64,000 nucleotides of DNA from Octopus sinensis (Eukaryota): the NCBI RefSeq assembly GCF_006345805.1, contig NC_043005.1, positions 40,238,001-40,302,000 of the forward strand. Direction: 5' to 3'. Positions 62,572 to 64,000 of this stretch are shown piece by piece. The translations under genes and the position numbers were made by a program. The notes below the pieces were generated by a model. The model saw nothing but the letters and a program-made list of their open reading frames with translations. It was not told the origin of the DNA and did not search any database. The stretch's first letter is position 1, and each line of letters opens with the position of its first letter.

Positions 62572-63545
62572 ACTCCTCATTATTTACATTTGACGGATAT
62601 TTGTCCTCATCTTGTTTCGGCTGATATACCCTCCAGCCTTCATCAGGTGTCTTGAGGAAATTTCAAACCTGGGTTCTCATTCCAAAGGTATCTTTCGTTG
62701 TCGCCGCTGTAGCAGCAGCAGCAGTCTGTCTACCCTATGTGAAAAGCCTCTCCGAAAAGATACAGAAGATATGCGGCCCATATGACATCAGGACAGTATT
62801 CAAAAGTAATACAACACTTTGCAAATATCTCCTTCGAGTAAAACCACCCATAGAAGAGAATATGACCAAGAACTGCGTGCACTCCATACCATGCAGCTGT
62901 GGTAGGCGAAACATGCTGCCCCCTCAAAATAAAGGTAGAGAAACATTGCAAAGCTGTGACACGGGGAGATATTGATAAAACAGGTATAGCTGATCATGTA
63001 TGGAAAAATGGAGCCCACCTCCCCCTATGGAATGAAGTTAAAATAATAGACAGAGAACACCACTGAAAAATATGAAAACTAAAAGAAGCAGCACATATGC
63101 TAGGACACAACAACCTCCTAAGCAGACTGGGTGCAGATATGAACAGCATATGGGAACCAGTATTAAAGAAGGATAGGAGATTATTAGATTTATAAGCCCT
63201 AAAATTCACTCCATAATTGCCCATGAGCATATGGCGTAGTGGTTAAGAGCTACTAACCCCAAGATTCTGATTTTGATTCCGGGCAGTGACCTGAATAATA
63301 ATAATGATGATGATGATAATGGTTATGGTGGTGGTGGCAGCAGCAGTGGTGAAGAAGAAGACGACGACGATGACGCCACTGCCGACAATTGTCTTAGAAA
63401 TGAAAACCCAGGTTTGAAATTTCCCCAAGACACCTGATGAAGGCTGGAGAGTATATCAACCGAAATGTGTTAACAAACAAGATGAGGACAAATATTTGTA
63501 AATAATGTACATAATTCCTCATCTCTTAGATATAGAACTGAAAGA
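62572..63545 (+). mobile_element. 5'-truncated Penelope-like element: inverted partial pLTR + GIY-YIG fragment + tRNA-headed hammerhead tail
   Basis: VCLPYVKSLSEKIQKIC..KNCVHSIPCSCG..GIADHVWKNG.HLPLWNEVKIID..KLKEA. 62572-62690 is the reverse complement of 63395-63500; A-box TGGCGTAGTGG at 63232. Confidence 0.85.
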
Positions 63546-64000
63546 CTCCTCAACTGAGAGGAAGGGTGGTATTGAGAGAGGTGAGTTTGTGCCAGGTGAT
63601 GAAAGCTTAAACTATGATAGAGGAACTGAAACAGGTGTCTTGCTGTGGAGTAGATACATGGCTACCGCAGTTGGGGAGAGAGAGAAAGATGTTGATGTGC
63701 CAAGATGTACCCTCAAGATTGAAGGAGGTGGGTGTAAGTGGGGTGGTACAGAGGATTCACAAGAGTGCAAATGGGGAAAGGGGAAGAGAAGGGTTGCAGT
63801 GAACACTGTATACCAACATTTTGTTGGTATACAGGAAAGAGGGAGTCTAGCAATCACATCTAATGTCTTGAGAAATCCCATCTCTTTTAAAAATCAATGA
63901 GGTACCTTTTAAATCAGTTTTGGAAGAGATGAAGAAGCTAAAGTGACAAAGGTATAATTTGAATCTGAGAACTTTTTACAAAGTATTCACTGCTTTGCCT

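Overview
AT-rich, microsatellite- and transposon-dense eukaryotic DNA. The repeat families look like those of an octopus or other coleoid cephalopod; that is inferred from recalled families, not searched. There is one clear host gene, on the + strand: an MFHAS1-like Roco protein (about 15 LRRs + Roc GTPase + COR). It is encoded mostly by one 3.1-kb exon (CDS 50691-53802), followed by an in-frame 111-nt exon (60574-60684). It also has a probable 5'UTR exon (42468-42562) and a possible CpG-rich promoter near 25 kb. The CDS appears to continue past the window. The rest is intronic or intergenic: Penelope-like elements (PLEs), RTE, CR1/L2-type and R4/Dong-type LINE remnants, Gypsy and mariner fossils, several SINE families, and hAT, piggyBac, mariner and foldback MITEs, several with readable target-site duplications. 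The most unusual signals are (i) a tRNA-headed repeat carrying a minimal hammerhead ribozyme, tied to a PLE GIY-YIG fragment, with a core-intact copy in sense orientation inside the gene's intron; (ii) further minimal hammerheads; (iii) two fold-back inverted duplications centred on RTE 3' tails; and (iv) an 828-bp foldback transposon with an 8-bp TSD. Most short ORFs in the track are microsatellite artefacts. TE boundaries are read by eye and approximate unless a TSD or TIR is quoted.
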